Shown here one piece after another: positions 14,176 through 27,109 of a stretch of 64,000 bases of DNA. The notes beneath the pieces are model-generated. The model was not told the origin of the DNA. It ran no database searches and saw only the letters and a program-made list of their open reading frames with translations. The position numbers were made by a program, and so were the translations under genes. Source of the stretch: Balanoglossus misakiensis (Eukaryota; Animalia; Hemichordata); the NCBI GenBank assembly GCA_040954595.2, contig CM082593.2, positions 8,937,200 to 9,001,199 of the forward strand, in the 5' to 3' direction. How positions within the stretch are numbered: position 1 is the first letter of the stretch; every line of letters starts with the position of its first letter.

Positions 14176-15630
14176 CTATATAGGTATACAGGCGGTGTTT
14201 GCAACGCAAACGCCCTCACGCGACAGGCGATTCGACCAATCAGAGACGAGTATTTCTAGGCTCAGCTAAATCACAGCGACACTCACAACAATCACGTAAA
14301 CATTGAAAAAGGTGAGTTAATTCGACGAAATATGATAATATTTTACTTTGTCCAATGTAATTATAAAGAATAGTTATTGCATCACTCGGTTTGGTATAGT
14401 AATGATAATAGATGTTAGTCTTGTTTCGAAAAACATCGCTGAATTTTCATGAATGTCGATCGCCCACAATTATGAGGGACAATGACTTTCGGGTTTGTCT
14501 TGTAAAATCAAAGTCCATTTTCTCCAAATTTAAAACGGTTTAGTTTTCAAATTTGTGATTATACAATGCATTGAGGTTCGATTTAACTAATTTATAAACT
14601 AAACCAACTGAACCAACGCAATTTTTTGCGTTATAGAGCTATTTGTAAACCATGTGATTTGACGGCAAATCTAAGATGACGTCGCCCTTACAGCCATAGG
14701 ATTTCATGTGAACCTGAAATGTGTACACACGCTTTTTGGCAATTGTTCGATTATATTCGGTGATTCGTATAAGGAAATTTTGTTTTAAAATTATGCAACA
14801 TTCTTATTGTCTTATTGCGGTAAGTTTGGGATACAGAAACGAATGGGAATATCATGGGGAAATAACACATATTCATGTACCTCACAGTTCATGTATTAAC
14901 ATAACATGGCACATATTTTTTCAAATGTCATCAATTTAGTAGTCATAATGTTTTGTCACAGACCATTGTTCAGTTCTAATAGTAAACTCTTTTCAACAGA
15001 AAGCCCAAAATGTCAGCAAGATTGCATAGTCTTGCAACAAGTACCCCAACTCCAAGAAAACTAAAGAAACTGATATGTGAAGAGGAGACCAATAGTACAA
15101 CAGCAAATAGACTAACAGAAGATGACCTCTGTGAACAAATTTTGCAAATGGACAAGACTAGTCTGTGACAATCTTCATAGCATGTGAACTGAGTGTAATA
15201 ACAGGACAACACGGCAATGTCCAATCCATAGTGTCTTCCAGTCCAGTTACTTTGATTTAAAGATTCACAGACTGAGTGTAATTTTTGCAGCTGTGAATAT
15301 CATTTGTGAGCCATATGTGCAATTTATAATACGTCAGTGACTGATGACCAAGAAAACTTGTCTATACGTCATTGCATGAGTTAAATAGCATAATGCAAGA
15401 TGAAGGGGCCAATATTAATCAAAATGTGCATATAATTATAGTGACTCTGTCTCATTTTGAGTGAATAAATAATTATTTGTCAAATTATCTGACTGTTGTC
15501 TTACCTGTGTAAATATGAATGAAGGGCTGTAGACAACACCCCCCTAGTAACTGAATTATGCTCCACAGCAAGGCCAAGATTAGTTTATACACAAGCCTTG
15601 AGACATTTTTCACAAATTCACTTACCATAG

Positions 15631-17759
15631 GGCAAGTGACTTTCACTGTCCACTGCTATAGGGAAAAACAGCTTAGACTTTTCAACAAGTTGTCAAACAA
15701 GCAAGTGCTACACTTTGATGCCACAGGATCCGTAATACAGGCACCACCCCATGTCAACAAGAGAGTGCTTTATTATGCACTTGTGATAAAAAACATGACA
15801 GATGGAAAGCCACCAATACCTCTTGCTGAAATGGTAACATCTGACCATTCAACTGCATCAATATGCCACTTTCTGATGGTGTTGAAGAGATCTGCCAGAA
15901 ATATCAGTGGAACACCAGAACAGCTCAAACAGTTTGAGATGGATTTCAGTTGGGCTATGATTCAAGCCATACTGTTATGTTTCAATCTGGAAGACATGGT
16001 CAGATATCTCAAGAAATGCTGGAATGTGGTGAACCTGAAGTACTCCAAAACAGACATGTATTTTACAATCATCCATGTCTGTGCAGCACACTTTATGCAC
16101 ATCATAAGCAGACACATGATGAAAATGGTACCTGACAAACACCTCAGAAGATTTGCCATGTACACAACTGCTCTGATTCAAACAAGCACTTCACTGATTG
16201 AAGCTGACAGCATCGTTGAGGCTTCCACTATAGTCTTCAGTGCAAACACAAAATCGGAAAGCTTAAAAAAAAGCATGGGTTTTCTTCAATCCATGTTGCA
16301 GAAGAAGCCTGTTGAACATGTGCTGATTGAACAGGAAACAGAGGAAACTGATGACATACTTCAATCTGGTCACTTGAAGTTATACCATGAGAGACCAGTC
16401 CCCATTCACAGCGCATTTTGATAAAGTAAAGGAAAATGCAACCAGACAAATCATCGAAGATGACAAATCACCATTGAATCCATACAAATGTCCAGCACTC
16501 GTAGATATCTTCTACACAAGATATTTGCCCATCATACCAATTTGGGAGTTATGTATGGGTGTCTCAAAACACATTGTGCGACAAGAAAGTGAAACCGGTT
16601 TTTATTCAAGCTTGTTGGTCGCAAATGATCACAGCGCACAATGCAAGTACCAGTGGTCGCAGAATCAAAGTGCTAGTGGTCGCAGAATCAAAGTGCTAGT
16701 GGTCGCAGATAGCATTTCCCTCAAAGTGCGACTAGCACTTTCTTGTCGCACAATGTGTTTTGAGACACCCGTATATACCTGTGCTATGATGCTCGGAGAT
16801 TTGTCCAGATACGACAAGAGTACCGGGACACAAAGATCAACACCAAGAATGCAACATTCCATAACCAGAGAGTCCAATGCTCTGGTAGAAACCTGGATGA
16901 AGATTGTGAAACACCAGATCCTGGCAAAGACCACACATCTTCATCCAGGTAGATTTGTGCAAACCATGTTTCGCACAATAACAGCCCGGTTGCTTGATTC
17001 TGGAATGGCACTCCTTCAAGGAAGTTCTCAGAAGAAACTGAAAGAGAACCATGACAACAGCAACATTGAAGAAGCCACCGAACAATGGTGTAGGAGAAAA
17101 TCAAGCGAGAAAACAGCAAAAACAAGGAGACACACATATTACCAGACACCAGGGAAAGAACTCAAAGAACCTAAACTGCCATCAACTGTTCTCCAAAACA
17201 AGGACACAACAAAATCGAAATCAAAGTTGAAAGCAACGAAGGTGATAAATACCAAGAAGATAAACAACCAGCCAAGAAATACAGAAGTCCAAAAGCAAGT
17301 TGAAAGTGATAAGAAAGACGACAGAGTATCAGCAATTCCTCACATGCCTGACAACCACACAAGTGACCAGTACTTACCTTGGGGTGGTACCTTCAATGAT
17401 GTAATTATGGTGAATACTTGCCCAGTTGACAACACATTGATGTTGTATTACACCATCTTCAAGTATAGAACAGATATTCTTCAATGGTACCTTGATCAAC
17501 CTGAAGATGCAAACAAGAAAATCCTACAAGTTTACCAGTGCTTTTTGCAACACAAGTAGAATGCTGGCAAAGCCCTGTGGTTGAAGCAGTTTAAACCAAC
17601 AACACAAGCTGAGAATATTCAGAATTGGTGGGGATGTGAGAGTACGTATATTAACACACTACTCAATGCCAATCAAGTTCTATCCACCGTAACCTGTTGC
17701 CATCTTGTCAGCTGTCCTAGACAACTTGAGAGGAAAGTCAGCCATGTACTAGCTTTAAG
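15631..17759 (+). pseudogene. NOF-like MULE DDE transposase core, basic linker and start of USP-like domain
   Basis: LHFDATGS (D 15717), RVLYYALV, PIPLAEM, EMDFSWAMIQA (D 15942), CAAH (16080), NALVETWMKIVK (E 16888), NTCPVDN (C 17419). Frameshift at ~16385, in-frame TAG at 17557, donor at 17760. Confidence 0.85.
16556..16771. mobile_element. Tc1/mariner-type MITE inside the transposase ORF
   Basis: ~36-bp TIR GGGTGTCTCAAAACACATTGTGCGACAAGAAAGTG, TA on both sides, internal ~23-bp tandem duplication. Confidence 0.85.
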
Positions 17760-17947
17760 GTTAGTTCTCAATCATTATTTTAGTATCTACAGTACAGTCC
17801 AGGGGGACATTACGTAACCGTTGAACGTACAGCATAGTGGAAGCTCGTCTCCCAAAACTTCCACGCGAAACATGAGTTGTGATATGCACCGAGGACCAAT
17901 TTCATAACCAGAAGTGAAGAAAGGCTACCTGCTTTCATTGGTACAAA

Positions 17948-18911
17948 ATGGGTGCTGATCTGGACCAATATAGAGCAAAAATCGGTGGTTTTGCTGGTGG
18001 CAATCCAGTGAGACAGAGGAAACTACCAAAGATGGCCGCCTTCGTGATTCCGTAAGTGAACTGCCAGCTGTCACTCTCCATAAAGCTGTCTGGTTGTACT
18101 GCTTGTTACGTGTGGCAGCGTTGAATCAAATCCAGGTCCTCCGAAACTCCGATCAAATACTGAACCAGCCACAAAAGAAGATATTCTAGCGCTAGACGTG
18201 AAACTGGACAAATTGATAAGCCATTCTGAACAGGTGCAACAAAAGCTAGAACTACACCAGACTAGAATGGACACCATAGAAGACGATATGTCTGAATTCC
18301 GCGAACACCTACAACAAAACTCGGACAAACTGGCCAACCTTGAATCAAATACTGATTCCATGAACGAAATCAAATCATCCGTCCAACAACTAAGGGGGGA
18401 AAACGACGATTTGAAAAGATCGAACGACGACTAGATAAATCGCAGCAAACGAAATAACCTGATCTTCTATGGCATACGACAGGACAACCCGAATGAAAGT
18501 TGGGAAAAATCGGAAGAGAAGATCAGAACCACACTGAAGAATAACATGGGTATAAACGAAGATGTTGAATTCGAAAGAGTACATCGAATAGTGAACGGTC
18601 CTGTCGTACGGGGAGCGAAACCGATCATCGCCATGTTCGCTAAGTTCAGGGACAAATCGAACGTGTTATCTAAGGCCAAAAACCTTAAAGGTACGGATAT
18701 CAGTATCGGTGAGGACTTTTCGAGGCGTATTCGAAATATACGTTCCAAACTACTCTTTCATCGCAAGTCCCTACTCGACGAAAACCCTTCGCTGAAAGCC
18801 CATCTCCGCTATGACAAGTTGATCGCTACACATGGCGGCGGTAAGAAAACTACGTATATTGTAGACGAAGCTTCAGGAAACGTGTCTCCGATTCTCCAGC
18901 CACGAGAATAG
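17948..18911 (+). pseudogene. LINE ORF1 (leader, 2A-like motif, coiled coil, L1-type RRM)
   Basis: MGADLDQYRAKIGGF leader; GSVESNPGP; RSKRNNLIFYGI; FERVHR; ISIGEDFS; one frameshift and stops. Confidence 0.8.
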
Positions 18912-18944
18912 GGGTGTGGCCAAAGCCCCGAATTGTTTAATCTT

Positions 18945-21900
18945 TCAATTGTAATGTGGAACATTCGAGGTCTAAAACCAAAACTTTGTAACTCAGAGTT
19001 CATTTCTTTCTGTACAATGTATGATGTGATCGGCTTGACAGAAACTTTCTGTACACCCAAGTATAATATAGATTTTTTGCAAAACTACATGGTGTATTCT
19101 TCCCCTGCTACAAAACAGTATACTAAGGGCTGCCCAAGCGGCGGAACAGCGTTGTATATTAAGAAAACCATCTCCGATAAAGCTCACAAAATTCACACTG
19201 AAGTGGAAAACTGTGTATTTGTACATCTTGAGAAAACTCTGTTCCATTTGGAGCATGATGTAGTGATTGCGTGTTGTTATCTCAAGCCCGATTGTATGTC
19301 AGATAGTATGCTTGTTTTACAGAATGAATTACGAGATTGCTCAGTATCTATCCAGATAACTATTTCATCATTGGAGGTGACTTCAATGCTAGAACTAGTT
19401 CAGAAAATGACTTTATCCTTAATGATTCCACTGTATATTTGCCGCTTGATGATTCTATGTACATACCATCCCATTTTCACTTGCCTAGAATTTCTAAAGA
19501 CACAGTTGTAAATGAGGCTGGTAAACAGCTGCTTAACATTTGTAAAAACTTTGATTTGCATATTGTCAATGGCAGAACAGCCAATGATAAACCAGGAAAT
19601 ATAACCTGTGTTACAGCAAATGGTTATAGCGTTGTATATTACGTAATAATCTCTTCACACTTATTCTCTTTTGTGAATAACTTTGAGCTGTTATCTAGGA
19701 TTGAGTCGGACCACTTTCCGATTTTATGCTAAATAGAGTGCCCAAATGTGACAAATAATGTTCCAAAGAAGAGTACTGATAGCACCTTCTCCGGCTGTGC
19801 TCGTTACTATATGTCTGGAAAATGTAGACACACTTTTAAGGATAACATATCTTCTCCACATATTCTGAGTATGGTAGAAGATGCGCAACAGAACGTTTGC
19901 AATCCATCGTATGCGCTTTCCAAATTAAATGAAGCGCTTCGAACAGAAACTTTTTAAACAGAATTGTAAGCATTCTAAGAAAATTTACCAAGAGTCCATT
20001 AGAAGTAAGATTAACGAAGCTGCTGTGAATTCTGGTGAATTTTAAAGCCCTTTATGGGTTGTAAATCCAGAAGCTCCGATGATATCAGTATTGACTCATG
20101 GTTTGAGTACTTTAGCACTCTGTATAAAGAATGTAACAATGTTGACTCGGGTGATTTAAATTTTTTGAGATCCGTGGAGGAAGTAATTGGCCAGTTTACA
20201 TATGAAAATAGCGTGGGAAATGGGGATACGAATGACGAGGAAGACAGTCTAAATGGTCCAATAACAGATAACGAAGTGTTACAATGTTTACAAAAGTTGA
20301 AAGCAGGAAAGGCACCGGGACCAGACGGAATTCCAAATGAGTTTTATAAATATGCTTCAGATGTTATTTTACCTGTGCTTGTTGAGCTATTTAACTATAT
20401 TTTTCAGTCTGGAAATTTTCCCTCAGATTGGACAATTGCTATTGTAATCCCACTTCTTAAGAAAGGTAACGTAAATGATGTTAACAACTACAGAGGTATT
20501 TCCCTTCTCAATTCAATGGGCAAGATATTTACTTCAATTTTAAATGAAAGGCTTACTAAATGGTGTAACAAAACAAATGTTATTTCTGACTGTCAAGCTG
20601 GCTTCAGAAAAAACCACTCCACTGTTGACAATGTGTTCGTTTTACAAGCAATAATACAAAAATATTTAAGCGTCAGACGTGGTAAGATTTATTGTCTGTT
20701 CGTTGATTTCTCGAAGGCATTTGATAGAGTAAACCACACTCTTTTGTTGTACAAACTTATGTCATCAGGTGTCAAGGGAAATATGTTTACTATTTTACAT
20801 TCCATGTATAGCAACATCAAATCTTGTGTTAGAGCTGGCACAGTCACATCTGAATATTTTGATTGCCCAGCTGGGGTCAGACAGGGTTGTATACCGTAAT
20901 CTATCCTTCGGTTCGACCAGGAAAAAATAATTATTCTTTACAAAAAGACGAAACAATGGGGGTAAAAATGAGTCAAAGTGCCAGAAGACCCCCTCGACAT
21001 TTATGCAAATTAGGTTCAAATAGGCTTCATGGTGCGATTGAAAATCAACGACACATTTCGCCACTTGTCCCATTTGTTGTTCCACATCAAATAAATGGAA
21101 GATCCGAGAAAATCCACACTTTTCCAGTTTTTGTACAGTCATCCTATAAGTATAAGCACTTCTACGGTACCGCCTGTGAGTCTTACAGCTTTGAAACCAG
21201 TGCGTAATATAAAAGCATAGGGATGTGGGAACTTGCTTTGAGTTGGTCCCTTGGGACAAAGACGTTTTTAATTTATTCACGCACAGGGATGTATTTTTAG
21301 CCAGACAATGGCAAGACCTAGTTGCCTAGCAATTATCACCATGAACTTTGCTACAAGTTTCACTATCACTTCCACTGGGCGTCTCAATTTTTTCAGCAGA
21401 GCCCCAGCTGCAGTAAGTTCCGACTACCTCAAGGCTTTGCCTGTAGGTTTTGGGGCTCCTCATTTTACTGATGACCATCAGCAACAAGGCAAATTGACCG
21501 TTGACTAAGCAAGGTGCTAAACATCGCTCTTTTCAGGGGGTAATTTTACATGCAAGCTCATTAGAAACTGCCACTTGTATCCCCTCAATTTTCAGCCACC
21601 CCCCTGTTACAAAATGACCCCTTTCCTTAATTAACTATTCACGCCTGATTTGCGGTCAGACAAGGGTCATTCATTCATGGCGGTTTGAGCTCAGGCCAAG
21701 GGGAAAACGGTTACGGGTTTAGCACTAGGCGAAATTGTAGGGGTTGTAAAATAATTAATTATCTGAAAAATAGTGGGTGGACGAACTAATGGAGTGGTCG
21801 AACCGATAGAACGATTACGGTACTCAGTCCACTTTTGTTTAGCATCTTTATTGAGGAGTTAAATTCCATGTTTATGAAATCGGGTCAAATTGGCATACAA

Positions 21901-22960
21901 TTGACTCAAGATATTTATGACCTTTTTTCATTGCTATATGCAGATGATATTGTATTATTTTCAGATCGACGTTATGTCATATTATAAATACCTAGGTCTA
22001 CTTTTGTCTAATCGTAACACCTGGTCCAGAGCAGTGCAAACATTGGCTAATCAAGCTAACAAGGTGTTGACCCTGCTGTCAGTTGCCAGGTGGAAACTAG
22101 GGTAGTTGCAATTTGAATGTCACTTCAAGGTGTTTGATGCCATGATCTTACCCATTATCTGTTATGGATAGGAGATTTGGGGTTTTCAGTTTTATGACAT
22201 TATAGAAAAAGTGCAAAGTACATGGTGCAGAATTTTTCTAGGTGTGCCAAGGAGCACTACCAATGAAGCTGTAATTGGAGAATGTGGGCGGTTGCCAGTG
22301 TATTTTCACACAATGAAACGTTGTATTCGTTACTGGGTGAAACTTATAGAGATGCCTCAGGAAAGACTCCCTAGGCAAGCATATTTAATGTTATGTAATC
22401 TTGACCGTTTAGGCCGTCACACCTGGGCAACATCGGTGAAACACATTTTATTTTCTTATGGGTTCGGGCACGCCTGGATTTCCCAGGAAATAGGCAATAA
22501 CCGTCTGTTCCTTTCAGCATTTGAGACAAGATTTTCAGATATTCTGAAGCAACAATGGAAGTCACATTGTTCGTCCAAAACCAAACTCCGTACATACACA
22601 CTTTTTAAATCATTGTTACAGCCTGAAAAGTATCTCAATGTCAACTGTACACGAAATGTTAAACAAATGTTTGCATGTTTTCGCTGTTCTGCCCTTCCTC
22701 TTGCAATAGAGGAGGGAAGACACCAGAACGTGGTCGTTTCAGAGAGACACTGTAGGCTATGCTCTGGTGAACAAATAGAAGACGAGTATCACTTTTTACT
22801 TGTTTGCCCCGTATATGATAATCTTAGAAAACAATATATTGGTGACATTAAGAATCCTCACTTCCAAATGTTTGTAAAACTTCATGAGTGCATCAGAATC
22901 CTCCAAGATTCTTTCGCTATGTAATTATGTTTACAATGCTTTTAAACTTAGAGAAACTTT
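18945..22960 (+). pseudogene. LINE ORF2 (AP endonuclease, reverse transcriptase, C-terminal Cys/His knuckle)
   Basis: WNIRGL, LTET, GDFNAR, SDHFP, KAPGPDG, NYRGISLL, DFSKAFD, GVRQG, YADD, YKYLG, CRLC...EYHFLLVC; internal deletions at ~19950 and ~21970. Confidence 0.92.
20894..21820. mobile_element. Non-autonomous TA-TSD DNA transposon in the RT domain
   Basis: Imperfect TIR CCGTAATC...TCGGTTCGACCA; TA flanks; removal restores GVRQGCILSPLLFSIFI. Confidence 0.88.
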
Positions 22961-23328
22961 GTTAAAAAACCATGAATCCATACAATAAGCTGTTAAGTTC
23001 CTCACTTTGCATCCTGAGTATGTAATTCCACACATTTGCTGTTTGATGTTGTCACTAATGTACTATTTGAGTACATGTTTTATTTAATTCATTTTTGTAC
23101 AATCTTCTGATTACCTTTACACCCCCTTGCTTATGGGCTGGAGGCCTTGGAAAGCAATAAACGTGCACTGTTGTGCACCTGAACTCGTACAGTCCAGGAT
23201 GCAGGTCTACACCATATACCAAGTCAGGACTGACATGCATGTTAGAAATAGCTGTAATTTAATACATTTTCAACTGCATTCCTGTCTCTGTCACTTTTTC
23301 ACTAACATTGTCATTTCTCTCATAACAG

Positions 23329-24766
23329 AGATGTTCGATCAGTCCCAGTTGGTAGGCAAGACTATCTACAGACTGCCTTGGATCATCTTTTTGGGAAGGC
23401 AACTGCAGAATCGTGCCAAATACCAATACTTGACCAAATACCTGGAAGGCAGCCACCACCAAGGCCAGTTGAGGAGGAAGTTATCTTATTTCCAGAAGAT
23501 GATCCCCTTGGTCCATTAATCTGCAAGAAAGAGTGAGTACACATATTACAACAAACTACTAAAAGTATGCCTGCGAATGGATAAATGAAGCAGTTAAAGC
23601 TTATCTCATTACAAGGGCTCTGGCCCATTTGCAGGGTTACACTCCCAAAGTAGTAAATAAAGTAACAGTTCACAATAATAAGCAAGTGTGTAATTAACAA
23701 ATATGATTGTAAATATATTTGTATGCCAGCTAAAGAAAAAACCTTAGTAAACTCAACTTTTGCACGCCAGCACTACTTTCATACTTCACCCCATTTTATG
23801 ATTGTAATTCTTTTTAGCATGTTTATTTTAACATTCTCAATGTATGATGTGGGTGTTTATGTATTGATGTTGTCATGTATATTAATGTAGCAATATATGG
23901 CTCTGTTTTCTTCACAGGATCCACTGGTACTGTCCAGGCATTCGACGAACAACACACGTTCACTTCCTAAAAGAAATGCCACCTGTAATTGTGATCGATG
24001 GAGCATATGTTGCCGAACAGAAAAGCAGATTCCAATCAATTGATGAATTTCCTAAAAGCGTACAGATACTTGGAAAAAGGTACATGTAGCTGAAGATCAA
24101 TATTTGTCTTATATTAGAAAATGAAAATGTAAACAAATTGAAATTTAAATGTTATACCTTTTACATTTCATAAAAGCCCATTAGCTTTATGTTTTGTAGC
24201 ATTTCTTTTTAGCTTTCCAATTTCTATTAGTTTTAGTGGTGATAAGTAGAGTACAGTATTTTCATTTTTCACCAAGGAGACTGCACACTTGACTCTTTGT
24301 AATCATGGTTATTAAAATTACATGTATAATCCATTACCTATACTTTAAATGTTTAATCATGTTCTCTAATTTGGCAAGCAATCATGAAAAGTATACTGAA
24401 ACTTTATGTCATGAATACACAGATCCCCTAATGTAATGTGCAATAAATGTGTGCTGTACTTTTATGTACAGTACGCAGGAAGGATTGAGGGGGTGGGGTG
24501 TTAAAATCAAGTCATCTCCATACACTCCTCACATATCATTATTTCTTGTACATCTTGTACATCTGAACAATCGTTTTACTTTCTTTCAGATACATGATAT
24601 ATGGAATCACATTGGGCAACGATGGCCACTTTATCTGCATCTTCAGAGTCAACACGAGTGTTTGATGTACGATGGAATGGCTGGGCTATCTCTGCTGAAC
24701 ATGGAATTGGATGAATTGAAAGATGGGGGGTACAGTGTCGAGTACAATTATTTCATCACTCAGTGA
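23329..24766 (+). pseudogene. Three 3' exons (23329-23532, 23918-24079, 24590-24766) completing a USP-like protease domain
   Basis: All GT-AG with phase-2 junctions; translation includes MPPVIVID, FPKSVQI, YMIYGI, GHF (H 24627) and YDG (D 24671); one frameshift at ~24655. Confidence 0.75.
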
Positions 24767-25554
24767 TGAAATAAATGCATTGGACAATGTAGAAAGGGTC
24801 TGACAGGCTTATGTAAAAATATTAACAAAAGATTTGTTGAACTCTCAATACTTCTGAAGAAGACAGTGTGTCTTATGGCGATGCCTGAAAATTGCAGCAG
24901 GAATACATAGATTTTGTTGCTTAGCAAACCCCTTCCGCAGCTAAATTATCGAGAGTTTGCAACTTTTTACAGCATTTTTCCACCATCTTGATGATATCGA
25001 TTCCAAGCTCTGCTAATATTTCTTACATTGGCCTGTCTGAGCTTTTTAAATAATGATAATTAGAGTTCTGACGATATATCAAAAATGATTCTGTGGCATA
25101 TCAGTGTCATTTTCCTAATGAAACAGCCTCAGAAAAATAAGTTATGAATAATTGAACCAAAGTTGCGTCAATGAATGTGTGCCGAGTATTAAAGCCCCAA
25201 GAACTGCCACTTTTTACATTACGTAAGCTTATTCTTTACTATCAATCACGTGATCTGGCCATGTGACCCACGGTGTTGTCATTTTCAGATGACGCGGAAG
25301 CAATATTTCGCTATCCAGTAACAGTTTTTCCGAGTATGTTTTTACTTTAGAAACGACAAACACGTAACATGTATCAGGTATGGTGCCTCATCAGCCTCAT
25401 TGCATTTCGTCTGCACAGTCTTTTGTCTGCACCACGTAAGTCCACATTGCTGAAGTTAATGCATAGGCAATAGTGTCTATGGCTAATGGTAACTCTCTGC
25501 TGTGTTTCAACTTTGCACAACCATCTAACCCCCCCCCCCTCCCTGCAGCTTTAA

Positions 25555-25761
25555 AGGGAAGGGGTTGTCGCACCGCATTGATGTCCCCCTTGATGAGAAT
25601 ATGTCCTATACAATGTACCAGCGTAAACCCCACTAGAGTCACCACCAGGACCTAGTTGCATCTTCAGTTGCTGTAATGCCCTGTCTATGCTACGGTGGGC
25701 TGATTTGTTCATTCTAAAAATCTAACAAACAAACACGGTGCAACGCGACGACCCCTTCACT
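25555..25761. mobile_element. TTAA-flanked Kolobok-like MITE, copy 1
   Basis: TTAA|AGGGAAGGGGT...ACCCCTTCACT|TTTA; homologous to 36387-36597. Confidence 0.7.
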
Positions 25762-27109
25762 TTTATTTTTCACTGCTTTCAAAATAAAGAGCAACATAAA
25801 TCATTGACTTTAGTCATTTTGTTACCTGAATTTAAAAATTCCTATATCCAGTTATATCACCAACACTGTCATCTTCTCTTTTGGAATCAGTTCTATCATC
25901 ATCCTTATCATCATCATCCTAATGCAATCGTTATCATCATCAGTGTCTTCATCATCATCATCATCATCAGTCACCATTTGCAAGTACCAATTACTCAGTA
26001 CTGTATTGATTTTCTGAAGTTTTCAAAGAATAAAACAATATACAATGTTAATTATGGTCTGAATGATTTTTATAGCAAGCGTAAGGATAAGAGAATTATT
26101 AAATAATAAGCCATTTTCATGACTCCCAATGACCTGACTTCCTGTTGGTAAATCTCACTTAATTTGGTTTACATTAAATCTACAGAAAACTCATTTTTGC
26201 TGTGGTTAGGCTGCATTCACAAACACCTCTGGAGGGGGGTGGGGAGAATTGAGTGGGGGATTTGAAAAAAATTGAGGGTATGTAAGGGGGGGATTTGAAA
26301 TAATTTAGGGACTGAAAGGGGGGGACTTGAAAACTTTGACAACTAAATATTTATTTTGAGTCCACAAAAATGCAGTTTCGCGCCCTTTATTTTACAAAAT
26401 TTTCTAATGTGGGAGGGCAACACCCCCTCCCACACCCACCCCCTCCATTTATCAACACCTTTCAATCATTGAGTGGTTTATCTAGTATCCCAGGTCAGGG
26501 GACTTGCCCCCACCCCATGATAACTTTGAGCAGCGACCGTTAAATTTGTCCTCCCCAACATACCGGTAGTTGAGTTAATTTGCTTTTGCCGGGTTCATTA
26601 AAATGCAGCTTTGAGCTCTGTATTTTATAAAATTTTCTTACATGGGAGGGGGACACCCCCTCCCAAACCCACCCCTTCAATTTGCGGGTTCCGAGTTACC
26701 GAAACAGGCCACCTTGCCCGCGTGAGGGCGTATCAATGACGTCATTATAAGTATAAAGTGCATGATCTGATGGGACCAAAATTCCAAATGGCGGCAGTGC
26801 GTGTGTGATCGATCGTGATCACTTCTGCTTGCAACTCCGTACTGGCATTATTTTGACAAAAAGACTTCCTGAAAATGGTTAATTAGTTTTGTGCGGCTCC
26901 GGACTGTACTATCAGCTTGCGCAATAAATGAAATACCCTGGATTGGCAGGCGTGACATTTCCATCCATCTACATCCAAAAATACATGGTATTTGGGAACT
27001 CTAGGCTTGATATATCACATGGGAATATATTGCGGTGTTTGCTGGAACATTTGATTTCACACATTTAAAGCTGGCAATGATAGTGATTTTACTAGCTATA
27101 CATGTATTG

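Larger units (their letters stand above)
17804..23186 (+). mobile_element. Non-LTR retrotransposon with both ends intact (APE-RT LINE, RTEX-like; clade uncertain), decayed
   Basis: 12-bp TSD GTACAGTCCAGG at 17792-17803 and 23187-23198; ORF1 and ORF2 remnants; AATAAA at 23156. Confidence 0.9.

Noticed and set aside
1-25300. Termini of the NOF-like element
   Set aside because: I found no TIR pair or TSD by eye; the left end may lie outside the window, so mobility versus domestication is unresolved.
25289-25377. First exon of the orphan gene
   Set aside because: Donor GTATGG and a compatible phase exist, but support is too weak without transcripts.
25738-26106. His/Ile-rich ORF
   Set aside because: Produced by an (ATC)n low-complexity tract.
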